NCBI GenBank assembly: GCA_028534125.1
Contig: CM052817.1
Coordinates: 90,770,001-90,834,000 of the forward strand
Direction of reading: 5' to 3'
Source: Lama glama
Taxonomy: Eukaryota
DNA: 64,000 nucleotides
Each line of letters opens with the position of its first letter. Position 1 is the stretch's first letter. Shown here in pieces: positions 40,290 through 51,570 of this stretch. The notes under the pieces are model-generated. The model was given only the letters and a program-made list of their open reading frames with translations. It did no database searches and was not told where the DNA came from. Position numbers and translations under genes: made by a program.

Positions 40290-40936
40290 TTAATATTAAA
40301 AAAATTCTCCACATCATTTGTCACTGAGGAAACGCCAACTAAACAAGATATCACTACACATCTATTTATCAGAATGGTCAAAATCCAAAACACTGGCAAC
40401 ACCAAATGCCGGCAAGTATGTGAAACAACACACACTCTCATAGATCACTAGTAAGGGTCCAAAATGATACAGCCATTTTGGAAGATAGTTTGGCAATTTC
40501 TTACAAAATTAAACTTAGTCTTGCCGTACAATTCAGCCATTGAATTCCTTGGTATTTACCCAAAAGAAATGAAAACTTAGGTCCACACAAAAACCTGCAC
40601 ATGAACGTTTAGAGTAGCTTTATTCTTAATTGCTCAAACTTGGAAGCAATCAAGATGTTCTGCAATGGGTGAATGGATGGATAAACTGGGGTACATTCAG
40701 ACAATGAAAAATTACCCAGCACTGAAAAGAAATAAGCCATCAACCCATGAAAAGACAAAGAAGAAAATTAAATGTATATTACTAAGCAAAAGAAGCCATT
40801 ATGAAAACACTATATACTATATGATTCCAAGCATGATTCTAGAAAAAGCAAAAGTATGGAGACAACAAAAGATTAGTGGTCACCAGAGCTGAGGAAGAAG
40901 TGAGTGAAGCACAGAGGATTTCTAGGGCAAAACACT
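40290..40936 (+). mobile_element. L1MC-like ORF2 end and 3' UTR fragment
   Basis: 'aaatccaaaacactggcaacaccaaatgc', 'ttccttggtatttacccaaa', 'caaacttggaagcaatcaagatg'. Confidence 0.85.
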
Positions 40937-40944
40937 AGCTGGTC

Positions 40945-41039
40945 TCATGAGTGAGAAATATATGATTTTGTTTTATGCCACTGAGATTTTTATGACTGTT
41001 TGTTATGCAGCATCATTATGGCACTATTTGACTAACACA
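40945..41039 (+). mobile_element. MaLR (MLT1) LTR 3' end
   Basis: 'ttgttttatgccactgagatt...gtttgttatgcagca...gactaacaca'. Confidence 0.7.
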
Positions 41040-41914
41040 CTTACCTACCCAATACATATATTAAGACAGTGGTAACTATAAGCACTTTGTCAAAAGGAAA
41101 CATAATTTACAATTTCAGAGAACTAACAAAAAGGTAGCAGAACATTTTTTAAAAGTAGACTGTAGGAGGAAGGAGTCAGACTAACACTGTGATAGTGTAT
41201 TATAGTTACGAAGCCCTTTTCAGTAAGTGTTACTATTACATCTAGTTTGGAGAGTCATAAAACAGAGGCTCAATAACTTCCCAGAATTTTCTGGGAAAAT
41301 TAGTATTTCTGGTAAAAATAGGATTTCTGCTTAGGTTTTCTGGTTCCAAATCCTGGGCACCTCCAGTAACTAAGGCTTTTCTCAAATCTTCTAATGGCGA
41401 GAAAGTATACAAAGTCGTTTCTTCAGTTCTGAAAATGTTATTCATCTCTCAGAAATTAAATATGGATTGATTCTAAAGCAGGAACTTTTAGGCTTCTTTC
41501 AAGTCACTAAGACATCGATGAGCTTCTTTTCTCGATGAAAACATCTCAAAGTGGGTGAAAGACATTTATTCAGTATTTTCTAAGAAAAGCATTAGAAACT
41601 AGATGAAACAGAAGTTCATTGTAGAGAGAAAGGTGAAATCTCCATGTCAAAACACTCACCTTTAAGACATGAATTTACTGTCTTTCCAAAATAGAAATTG
41701 GAGTTTTCTCATGGATACTTATTTATGAAAACTCTTATCTAAAACATATGCTTTGCAGCTGGTTCAGGAATGCGATCTATCCTGCCATTGGATATATATC
41801 ATTATGTAAAATTCATAACTTCCACATCCTTAGGGACATACAGCATTTTCTCTTTCATTCTCGTATCTCAAGAGGCAAATACAGAGACATTACATGCGTT
41901 ACACTTTTTCTCTA

Positions 41915-42050
41915 GCGTGAACGTTTGGCAGGGATGATATCATTTCCAGATGCTTTCTTATTTTTCATCTGTTTAATGACCTTACTCATCAGAGAGTTGG
42001 AAGGTTTCTAAGTATGGCTCCATCTGGGTATGATGGAGAATGCTCTTGCC
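41915..42050 (-). mobile_element. Ancient RTE-clade LINE (MamRTE1/L4-like) RT fragment
   Basis: 41983-41921 translates as KVIKQMKNKKASGNDIIPAKR, preceded by frameshifted PTL-DE. This matches the non-LTR RT domain-0 motif EV-KAIKQMKNNKA(S/P)G-DGIPAE. Confidence 0.65.
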
Positions 42051-42965
42051 AGCAGAGTCTCCATGATGACTGCCAAATGAAGCATCCAACATGTAAAATG
42101 ACTCCCCTCTTCCCAGCCTATCCAGGTATGGAATAATATATATATATATACACACATACTAAGAAAATCAAAGCCAATAAGAGGGACTTTAATCCAAGCG
42201 CTGCTTCGTGATTCTGCTGTCCGGGTAGCAGTTGTTTTGTGGACCTCAGCAGCTGTTTTACAGGCAGGGTGACTGCAGACTTCAGACTCATAAGTTATTG
42301 AAAATACTTACATGAAGTACACGGTGATGAAAATTTTGGGCATAGTCTGAATATTCCAGAAAACCTGTGCATGGCGTACCTTTTAGCATGACTGATTCCT
42401 CAAGATTCAAGTGATTATAATCTCAATTCTGTTGAGAATTTTGCAAATACCATGTAGGCATCTTATTGTTGCATATTGGGTTAAATCTATTTCCAGTAAA
42501 GTAATAGAAAAACATACAGACTAATCTAACTACGATGAAGTTGTATAGAAACAACTTACCTATACAGAATTCAGCTGTGCCATGGTCTCATTGAACCAGA
42601 ATATCCAACAAAACTGGGAATGAGCAGAAAAGACCTAATTTCTGGGAAACTGAAACAGGTGAGACAGAATCGATTCTCTTCTCAGAGCCCATTTATTTGT
42701 GTTTTCAAACATTTGCAATAAGCCTGATTTTCTATTCCCTGTAGCCAAAATCGATCATTTTAAACAACTTAGCACCCAATCTGGAATGCCTTATCTTTTT
42801 TAAATAGCTAACTTTTAAAATCTGGCATTGTGTTTTCTTTGAACTTATAAGACTTCACAGTGAGAGATTATGCTCTCTTCTTCAGAAGACTTTGGACACT
42901 TTCATTCCAAAAGCAACATACCCACAGACTGACTAATTTTAGAGGACTAAAATATGCCATTATGC

Positions 42966-43272
42966 TTTTTTTTAAACTATTTTTTAAACTGAAGTATAGT
43001 CAAGTTACAATGTTGTGTCAGTTTCTGGTGCACAGCATAATGTTTCAGTCATACATATAAACACATATATTCCTTTTCATATTCGTTTTCTTGATCGGTT
43101 ACCATAAGATATTGAATCTAGTTCCCTGTGGTATACAGTAGGACCTTGTTTATCTATTTTATATATAGTAGTTAGTATCTGCAAATCTTGAACTCTCAAT
43201 TTATCCCTTCCCACCTCCTTTCCCCTCTGGTGACCATCAGTTTGTTCTCTGTGTCTGTGAGTCTGTTTCTCT
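42966..43272 (-). mobile_element. L1 3' UTR fragment
   Basis: Poly-T then 'gaagtatagtcaagttacaatgttgtgtcagtttctggtg...gtgtctgtgagtctgtttct'. Same subfamily type as 12205 and 36431. Confidence 0.92.
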
Positions 43273-45059
43273 TTACACTTCTATTCATCTAAAAAACTAG
43301 TGCACACTTCATTCCATGCACACCTAGCACTGATTCGTGTAGGCATTTATATTTTTGGTGCTAGCGCTAATGACAAGGAAGAAGTCCGGGGTGAACACTT
43401 TAGCCCATCTATGAACCTTTATAATTTTCCTGTTACTTTCCATGGAACTATTACAATTTGGGGGAAATCATATCAAATGATCAAATCATTTCTTCATGCC
43501 TTCACTTTAAATTTAAGATTATCCTGTTTATAGCAAAACATTTATCTTTCAGGTTTTTGAGAAATGCACATAACTTTCACAGCATGTGATAACCGTGTCT
43601 TTACAGGGAGCCTGAGGACAGGGTAATTACCAATACAACATACGTAATGACTTTGACATAGAATTTTGCATGGTGGCTCAAGGCAACTGGAAGGGTCAGC
43701 TGCAAGGCCCTTCCCCTTGGTTTCCTCGCTCCTAGTCTCATTCCCTCCTCCAGGGTCCTGGCTTTATCCCACAGCTAGCCCTTTGATCCGTTCCCACTTC
43801 CAGCCAGAGAGGAGCACAGTGAAGCTTTCTTCTTCAGAGACCAGTATTTATTAAAAAAAAAAAAATTAAAACAAGGTTATTCCCTGCTAATGCTGATGGC
43901 ATTTATACACTGAAAGATCTCTCCTCACCAACAGTGAAGTTGAAAGGATTAAACAGATGACAGAGTGATAACTATGCTCTGTTCCCATGAATTTTCACCA
44001 AAAATCACACAGTTAGATAAGAAAAGGACAAGGGTCTTACTAAAGCTAAGCCTTTTTGCATTCTATAAGGTACAGCATGACTGTGGCAGAACTTTTCCCA
44101 ACAGTATCTTTTGTTATTTCTCACTAAAGAGCACAAAACCATAGCCTCAAGCCTGTACTATCAAATAGCAGTGGAGGTGATAAGCCTTGAGAAGTCTTTC
44201 TTTTGTGAAGTGATATGTTTCCAAATGTGGAGATTTCCTCTATATTCATCAGATGACATATATAATTATCTCCTAACATAGACCATCAACTAACATCTGT
44301 CTAAAATCCTGTTGATGCTGTTTAGGAGATTTAGTTTACTTTTGGGTTTTTTTCCCTTTAAAAAACATGAAATTAAGTGTATGGAAGTGTTCTCTGTGAA
44401 AATTCCCAAACTAACAAAACAGGACTTAACAGTAAAAATATGACTTCTAAATAGATCCCTACTTTAATATCCCTTCTGATCAAAAATATCAAACTTAAAA
44501 GTGTATACTTACTATATAAAGCTGAAATTTACTGGGCAACCTAGCCTTTTCAAAAACATTTCTTATTGTGAACTATAAGATCAGGGGTCCACTTAGCAGA
44601 TTTTATTTTCACATTGTCCTATGCATAGAACAAGCCAACAGATTTTTTCTTTATTTAGAACAAGTGAGATGAAATAGTTGTTATTCTTCTTTTGATGTTC
44701 TTGAAGGGCAGATCAAATGAAGCTTATCCACAATAATAATGACTGATGAGCTTCATCTAATGATAATCCTTAATACCTTAGAGAACTATCCCAATAGATG
44801 TGAGCAGCAACAAAACTCCCACTCAGTGAAGGGCACTGACAGTACACACAAACATGTCCAAGTAGTAATTTAGAAAAAAAAAATACGTGTCAATCCCAGC
44901 ATGGCATAAAGGAAAGAGGGCTGACATTGTAATTTTAAATTCCTGGTTGTTCATCCCAATTGTGTCACTGAAGAACAGTAGGCATCAGGAATGTCACTAA
45001 TTTCTGTGAAATTTAGAGTCCACATGTATAAAACAGGCACTTGCTTAACTGTTTCTTTC

Positions 45060-45192
45060 CTTTCTTTATTTTAGATTCAGTGAAGTCAGAGACCTTATCT
45101 CTCTGTGGTTCAGTTTTGTTCTTATGGGCATGCAGCATAATGTCTGGCTCTTGGTAAATTCAGAATAAACATCTGATGACTGAAAGAATGAA
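45060..45192 (+). mobile_element. L2 3' terminus
   Basis: 'gcagcataatgtctggc...cagaataaacatctgatgactgaaagaatgaa'. Confidence 0.55.
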
Positions 45193-45199
45193 ATCATCG

Positions 45200-45825
45200 G
45201 TCAGCATTCAATAAATATTTAGTATGTGCTTCATGTGTGTCCAGGCTCTGTTCTAAGGTGCTGGGTATAAGTTGTAGAGTCAAGGAAAGGGGGAGAGAAC
45301 AGAAAAATCCCTATGTTTGTGGAGCTTACATTCTAATGAGGTTGATACAAAAAAAAAATTAAAGTTGTAAAGCAAGGTACAAAATGTTCAATGTTGGGAA
45401 GGATGGTGAAACTTGAGTTAGGATTGCAAGGGAAGTCCTTGGTAAGAAAGCGACTTTGCAATAAAGACCTGAAGGAATTGGGCTGCTATCCGGGTGCCTA
45501 TTTTAGGAGCAACCATTTCAAACAGAAGTAACAGAAAATACTAAGACCCTGAGGTAGAAATTTCACCAAAAAACAGCACAGGGGCCCAGTGTAGTTTACA
45601 TAGTAGCAGGAATGAAGGGAGAGAAGATGAAATCAGAGAGGTAAAGGGGAGGTGGCCAATCACAGGACTTGCAGGTTATAGGAAGGACTTTGGCTGTTAC
45701 TCAGAGACAGACAGAAAGCTGCTAGAAGGTTCTGAGCAGAGGAGTGACAAGATCTACTGACACTTGACCAGGATCACTCGGCTGCTGCATTAATAACAGA
45801 CCACAAAAGGGCAGGGGGAGAAGTA
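45200..45825 (-). mobile_element. L2 LINE 3' region
   Basis: 'cattcaataaatatttagtatgtgc...ccaggctctgttctaaggtgctggg', 'ggttctgagcagaggagtgacaagatct'. Confidence 0.85.
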
Positions 45826-47254
45826 AAATAAACACCTACCTCACAGCGTTTTTGTTAAGATTCCTCAGAAAGGCATGTGTAGAGCCTAGCACAGACCTGG
45901 CACTCATCACCCTAACTCACTAAAAGAGAGCTGTTTTATCATCTTCACAGATAATAGTTGGGCTGTTCTTGCAGACACACACACTGAGTCACCATTAACA
46001 ATCCCAAGAGACCGTATCTCCTTTAGGGAAGCCTGGGAATTAGGATAGTGAATTTATACAAGCAACATCAGCAACGGACTCCCAAGAGAAAAGAAAGAAT
46101 CCCAGCAGCTAATAGAGTTATTCAGGCAAAAGGAAGCAATCATCCCATTTACCACCCCTGCCCCCAACCAAAGGTCTCTCATTCCCTTCATAGTGAGGCA
46201 TCAAAGGGTTGTGAGGATGCTTGGAATTCAGCTTTTATCAAAATGTTTATATTTAAATTCCACAGAAATAGCATCAAAGGACAGCCATTCTCATCAACAT
46301 CTTCAAACAAAACACACGGGATGCTTTATACTCACTCCATGTCTCACATGTTTTCCTGAGAAAAAGTTAAAAGCTACACGAAACACGACAAAATCCATGA
46401 ATGCTAATTAAATTTCTTCCGAAACCCCATCAACAGACATGAACTAGGGATGTCTTATTCTCTAAAAAAGTAGCTGGTTAGTTTTATTTCTGCTTCATAA
46501 AAAAAGAAGTTAACAATTTGAGGGGAGGCTGTCGAAGCAGTCCTGACCTTGCAAATAACCAGATGAATGAGCGGCATTTCCCTTCCCACCCTCTACCTCC
46601 CTGCTTGCCAGCACTGGAAGACTCCTTGCTCCTATGGCTACCCTCATCCCAGTGCTCCAAAACCTGGGAGGGTTTGCAGCAATTGATTCAACAACAATTT
46701 ATTGAGTGTCTATTTTGTGGCAGGTGCTGACTGAGGTGCTAATGATTACAGCTGGAAACCAAGCAAGACACTGTTGTCTGGAAGTCTACCTTTAACAGCT
46801 ATGTAGGTTAAAGAAGCAGAGATGAGAGTAAGAAAGAATAATCCACCTCTAGATCCTCCCTCTCACTGCACCGCCATCCCCAACCACTCTCATCGGGTGG
46901 CCTTCAACAGAAGCCAATTCTTGGGGAAGAAAAATGCTTAAGAACAGATCAGGGCTTTCCTGTGAAGTGTTGATGAATCACGTTTTACTTTTAGGGACCT
47001 AAGCACACGCCACATCACGTGTGTGCCTTTGTGTCTCTGCATGTGATATTGAGCAGAAAGGAGGAGACAGGGGGACATGTTGAGATCATTCACAGAATCC
47101 AGGAATGTCATGCTTTTTATTTTTTAAAGTATCTTTTGAAGTTTTTTAATTTCCCTGTTATTGTTGTTATCCATTTTAGTTTTAGGTTCATCAGTCACAG
47201 CATCATCCAGCATTACTGCTTCGCAGAGGACATTTATGAGTCACTCTCTATACA

Positions 47255-47702
47255 AGTCAGTTTTGGTTGCCTACGCTGCACCGTTTACCATTCTACCTTC
47301 CTGTCAGGACCCACATTTTATTCAGCGATCCCCTTCCCATTTATGATGCTGGGCAAGGTGACATCCCTGACTCCAGGGCTCATTCATGATCAGCCTCAGC
47401 CAATCAGCTTAGAGGATTCCAGAGTGGTAGGTGTTCAAGCTTTAAGAGTGGAAGGTGAGCTTAGATGGTTTAATTAGATGGAATGGAGGATGCCTATAGT
47501 TGGGGAGAAGTTTTTTTCACCTTACTGTTAGATAAAAGCAAGAGATTAGAGTTAACACTGTGAGAGACAGAACCTGAGCTCACCATTGAGCTCTTAAGTG
47601 AATCAAACCTGAGGCTATAGGAGATGATAAATGTCTTTATCGTCAAGCCAGTCTCAGTCACATCCTCTGTTACTTGCAGCCTAAAGCATTATATCAGCTA
47701 CA
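47255..47702 (+). mobile_element. Old ERVL/MaLR LTR (LTR16-like)
   Basis: 'ttttggttgcctac', 'gccaatcagc' and end 'ctgttacttgcagcctaaagcatt'. Confidence 0.55.
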
Positions 47703-48299
47703 GATTAGAAATGTCACAGCTCTGGGCAAAGAGAGGATGTATTTGTAGTTCAGATTCCATGCAGAAGAAGATTCTTCACATCACAGGATCTTTTTTAAAC
47801 CACTCCTGTTTTTATGACACGAAGACAACAGTGCCAAAGCACAAAAATATGATCCTGGTAGAGCATATACAGAACCCTCAGGTTAGGTTTTCAACACTAC
47901 AGACCCACCGCATTATGAGATTACTCTGAGCTCTCAAAGACAGCATTTTAAACAACAGCCTAAGTCAAGATCATATTACAGTAACAGGGTTCTGAAACAA
48001 GTCCTGCAGACAGCTTAACTGTGCAGGACATGAACAATGTAGGACACAGAGAAGAGGAACCAGATAGGACTACACAAGTTCCATTCCTCAGTGAAGAGGG
48101 ACGGGCAACAGATACCAGAAGCTGCTGTACATCTTGTGTATTTTTTATAGCAGAAACTATGTCCAGCATATTTGTTGTAGTATAGTATTGTTTTCCTTAT
48201 AGACTGTTCAGTCATTCTCAGCACGAGAATTCTTAAACCCACGAATAAATTCTAAGCACTTTTATCTGTACACATGTTTATAGATGAGGGGAAATCCTC

Positions 48300-48799
48300 T
48301 CTGGTAGCTTGCTTGCAAAAATGGCTTTATCCATTCCTTCCATTCCTGGAAGCATATGCCTCTGTGCACTGATTTTTCCACTCTTCTGCTTGAGGTGGAA
48401 CTAGTTTCCCTCCTTTTGATATAGGCTGACCCCTTCCTGTTATCAAAGGCAGCAGAAGTGACATGTGACTTCACGGTCTTAATTTTAAGAGGCCCTGCAG
48501 CTTCCCCTCTCACCCTTTTGCCGCCCTGAGACTGCCATGTGAGGAAGGCCAGGCATACCTTCTCGGGGATGGGCCACAAGGAGAGGGAGAGAGACAGCAA
48601 TCAGCACTGAGGCCCAGACATGTTACTGAGATCACATGGGGCCAGTCAGTCCCCAATCCACCCACCAACTGACAGCAAGCACAATGGCGACATCTAGTGA
48701 GACCTGCAGAAGTCACCCCTCTGAGCTCAGCCCATATTGCAGAATTGAGAATAAATTGTTATTTCAAGCCACTGAGTTTTGGGATAGGAAACTGATACA
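48300..48799 (+). mobile_element. MaLR solo LTR (MLT1-type)
   Basis: 'gcagaagtgac', 'taagaggccctgcagcttc', 'tgccatgtgaggaaggccaggc', 'aataaattgttatttcaagccactgagttttggg...aactgataca'. Confidence 0.85.
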
Positions 48800-49553
48800 T
48801 TCTCCCTGACTATTGAAGTCAGGATTCTGGTGCAAAATCAAGCAAAATAAATTTCCTATTTTAGAGCTTTCCTTTTTCTGCTTGGGTGTGTAACATATTA
48901 TGCTATAAATAAATGTCTTAGAAAGGCCAGAGCATGTTTTTACAGAGGGAGTCATCCTGGAAGGAAAACAATGTCCTCCTTAGCAGAAGGTCAAATTTCC
49001 CTTCTATGCCTGTGACACCTTCTCTTACCCTCATAACTGCTGTCCCACTGCCTGCTGTAGGTCACAGGAAACACTGTCTACAATTAGAACTGGAAGGGTA
49101 GAAAACCCCATTCCCATTTCACCAGACACAGCCGCCGATGGTGGCCAAGGGCCATATTTCATCAGTACAGTTGTTCACATGCATTGCATGGTGGGCTTTG
49201 GTGAGCTGGTCTGAGGACCTAATGCCCATACGCCCCATTAGTTATGAGTTCCAAACCACTAACTTACAAATCCATTTTGTTATAACTGTAACCAATTGAT
49301 ATAAAAGCAAACTCAGGAGGGGGCAATCAGGAGACAGTTTTATTCTCCCACACTGCCTTCTGGCTCATTCCATCCAATTCCTGCTTCTGCTTTGTGATAG
49401 CATTGATTTCAGACTCCAAAGCTTTTGAATCATGCTCAGGTTTTTAAAAACTCTAATAAATTCCCAAGCATTTATCTTTGAGCTAATTCAAAGCTCCCCT
49501 CTCAGCATAATCCTTACCCTGGACATTTAGTTTAGAAATTCTAGACTCTACCC

Positions 49554-49768
49554 TACAATTTCTCAACCTCCGCACCATTGATGTCTTGGATTAGACAATT
49601 CTTTAGTGTGGGAGGCTGTTCTGTGTATTGTAGGATGTTTTGCAGCATCGTTGGCCTCTATCCAATGGATGCCAGTAGTACCTTCTCCAGCTGTGATAAA
49701 CAAAACTGTCTTCAGATACAGGAAAATGTCCCTTGGGAGGAAAAATCACACCTGGTTAAGAATCACTG
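49554..49768. mobile_element. MER20 hAT-Charlie MITE
   Basis: 'tttctcaacctccgcaccattgatg...tgtgtattgtaggatgttttgcagcatcgttggcctcta...ctggttaagaatcactg'. Confidence 0.92.
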
Positions 49769-49776
49769 CTCTAGAT

Positions 49777-50006
49777 CATGCATTCTTAATGGGAATGATA
49801 TTGCCCCCAGGGAGTTGTAAACTGGTTCTTAAGGGGTGGAAAAAGTGTTAGATGTTCTAAAAGTTCATGACCCTCCAAAGGGCCCAAGTACATAAGCATA
49901 CAGTGTATCTGTGGTACTAACAACTCACAGGGTAGGGAGCAAATTAGGAGGGAAAAGCCAGAAATGCCTCCTTGGAGCAGCAATGAAAAACGTTTGAGAA
50001 ACACAG
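49777..50006. mobile_element. MER112-like hAT-Charlie MITE
   Basis: 'catgcattcttaatgggaatgatattgccccc...tacagtgtatctgtggta...ttgagaaacacag', flanked by ctctagat and ccctagac (8-bp hAT-type TSD). Confidence 0.8.
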
Positions 50007-50994
50007 CCCTAGACCACGAGTGAGATGTGACCTCTGCTCTCTCTCTCTCTGTTCTCCCTCATTTACGCTGCCAGGGTGGGTAAGAACTAAGGGACAAGGT
50101 CTTTTACTTGGCTAGTGTTATGACATTGTCCCTTGGCTATTGAACTCCCTCTGCCATGGCAAGCATCCAAAGGTGGGTCTCCTTGAAGTGTGGGCCTTGG
50201 TGGTTTTTAACAGCTTACACTCCCCACTCTGTACCATTCTCTGGTACACCCTCTAGCTGCCCTCCAGCAGTTAACCCCTAACAGCATCTTTCTATTGGGA
50301 GCCCTCAGTCTCTAGGCAATTCTCTTGAATGAGACTATTTAAAGGTGGCTTTTGTTTGGCTACCTATATTGGGTCCACTGACCCAGAGGAATCCACTGAG
50401 GTTCACCCTGCTCAGAAGTGAAAGCAACCCCAGTCACCCCCAGCATTCACAATTCTTCCTCATAAAGTCACCTGTTTCTGCGCCCTCAGACTCCAGAGAG
50501 CCCATGTCAGGATCTACAGAGAGCTCTCCAGCTCAGGCAGCAGCACATGGAGTGGCCGCAGAAAACACAACTGTGGCTCAACAAGCTTTCAGGCTGGGAG
50601 CCAGGTGCAGGAGTCCCCTGCTGGGGGTCCAGGAGAAGCCCCTCAATGGCCTTCTGGGGGAAGTCTTTCTCCCTCCCACCCCTCCCTCATCTACTGTTCT
50701 CTCAGCTCAGGGGGATCCCTCTGCTTACATGGGCTGGAGGTGGGTAAGCGGGGTTAATGTCTTGGCCTTTTCATAAGTGTTCTAGGGATCTGCATAAAAT
50801 CACTCTGTAGAACATTTTGCCCTCAACTTTGGGGCATCATTAAAAATCCTGAGACAACAGAATAACATTCATTAAATATCCAGTTATCCTACCTATCCGT
50901 CAACGGCGACTATACGTGGAAGAAGAATCTAAGCTGATGTGTCCCAGCTTGTAGGCTGAGCAACTCAATGAACAACGCAAGCTCTGCAAACTGA

Positions 50995-51570
50995 TTCATA
51001 TTCTCTTTCATTCATTCAACAAATGTTTAGGGAGTATCTACCAGGAGCACCTGTGGATTCCGCAGAGACAAGCCAGGCCAAGCCACCACTGTCATGAACG
51101 ACAGTCCAGCAAAGGAGCATGGCCAACAAATAATGCAACACCAGATGGTCACAAGCTCTATGAAAAAATCAGGCAAGTGATGTAACAGAGAGTGCCTGGA
51201 AGTGGGTGGTGGGTGGGAGTGCTGTTTTGGATTGGATGTCCATAGGAAGGATTCTTCGTGTAGGAAACATCTGAGCTGAATTCAGAATAATAAGAAAAGA
51301 GGGAGGGTATAGCTCAGTGGTAGAGTGCATGCTTAGCATGCAGGAGGTCCTGGGTTCAATCCCTAGTACCTCCACTAAAAATAAATAAATAAACCTAATC
51401 ACCACCCCCTCTTTTTAAAATAACATAAGAGTCAGCTTTGTGAAAATCTTGGGGGTAAGAATTCCAAGGAAAGGAATAAACACCAGGGTGTTGAACAGGA
51501 GCAGGCAGAGTGTGTTTCAGAGAGAACACTACTGGGAAGCTGGATGTGGTGACAGCGGGAGAATGCTATT
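50995..51570 (-). mobile_element. L2 LINE 3' region, interrupted by a SINE
   Basis: 'ttcattcattcaacaaatgttta', 'aaacatctgagctga', 'aagaattccaaggaaaggaa'. Confidence 0.7.
51301..51420 (+). mobile_element. tRNA-Ala(AGC)-derived SINE, camelid Vic-1 type
   Basis: tRNA-like head with A box TAGCTCAGTGG (51310-51320), loop TTAGCAT and B box GGTTCAATCC (51353-51362), then 'aaaaataaataaataaacctaatcaccacccc' tail. Confidence 0.9.

Noticed and set aside
47019..47477. 152-aa ORF
   Set aside because: GTG start, low-complexity hydrophobic composition, and it runs into an old LTR.
50345..50776. 143-aa ORF in a GC-rich stretch
   Set aside because: GTG start, no recognisable domain and no convincing splice framing. 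Length is explained by local GC content.
51301..51374. tRNA-Ala(AGC) gene
   Set aside because: It has the SINE-specific tail, mismatched stems and a CpG-decayed body, and is inserted into an L2 relic. A SINE explains it better.
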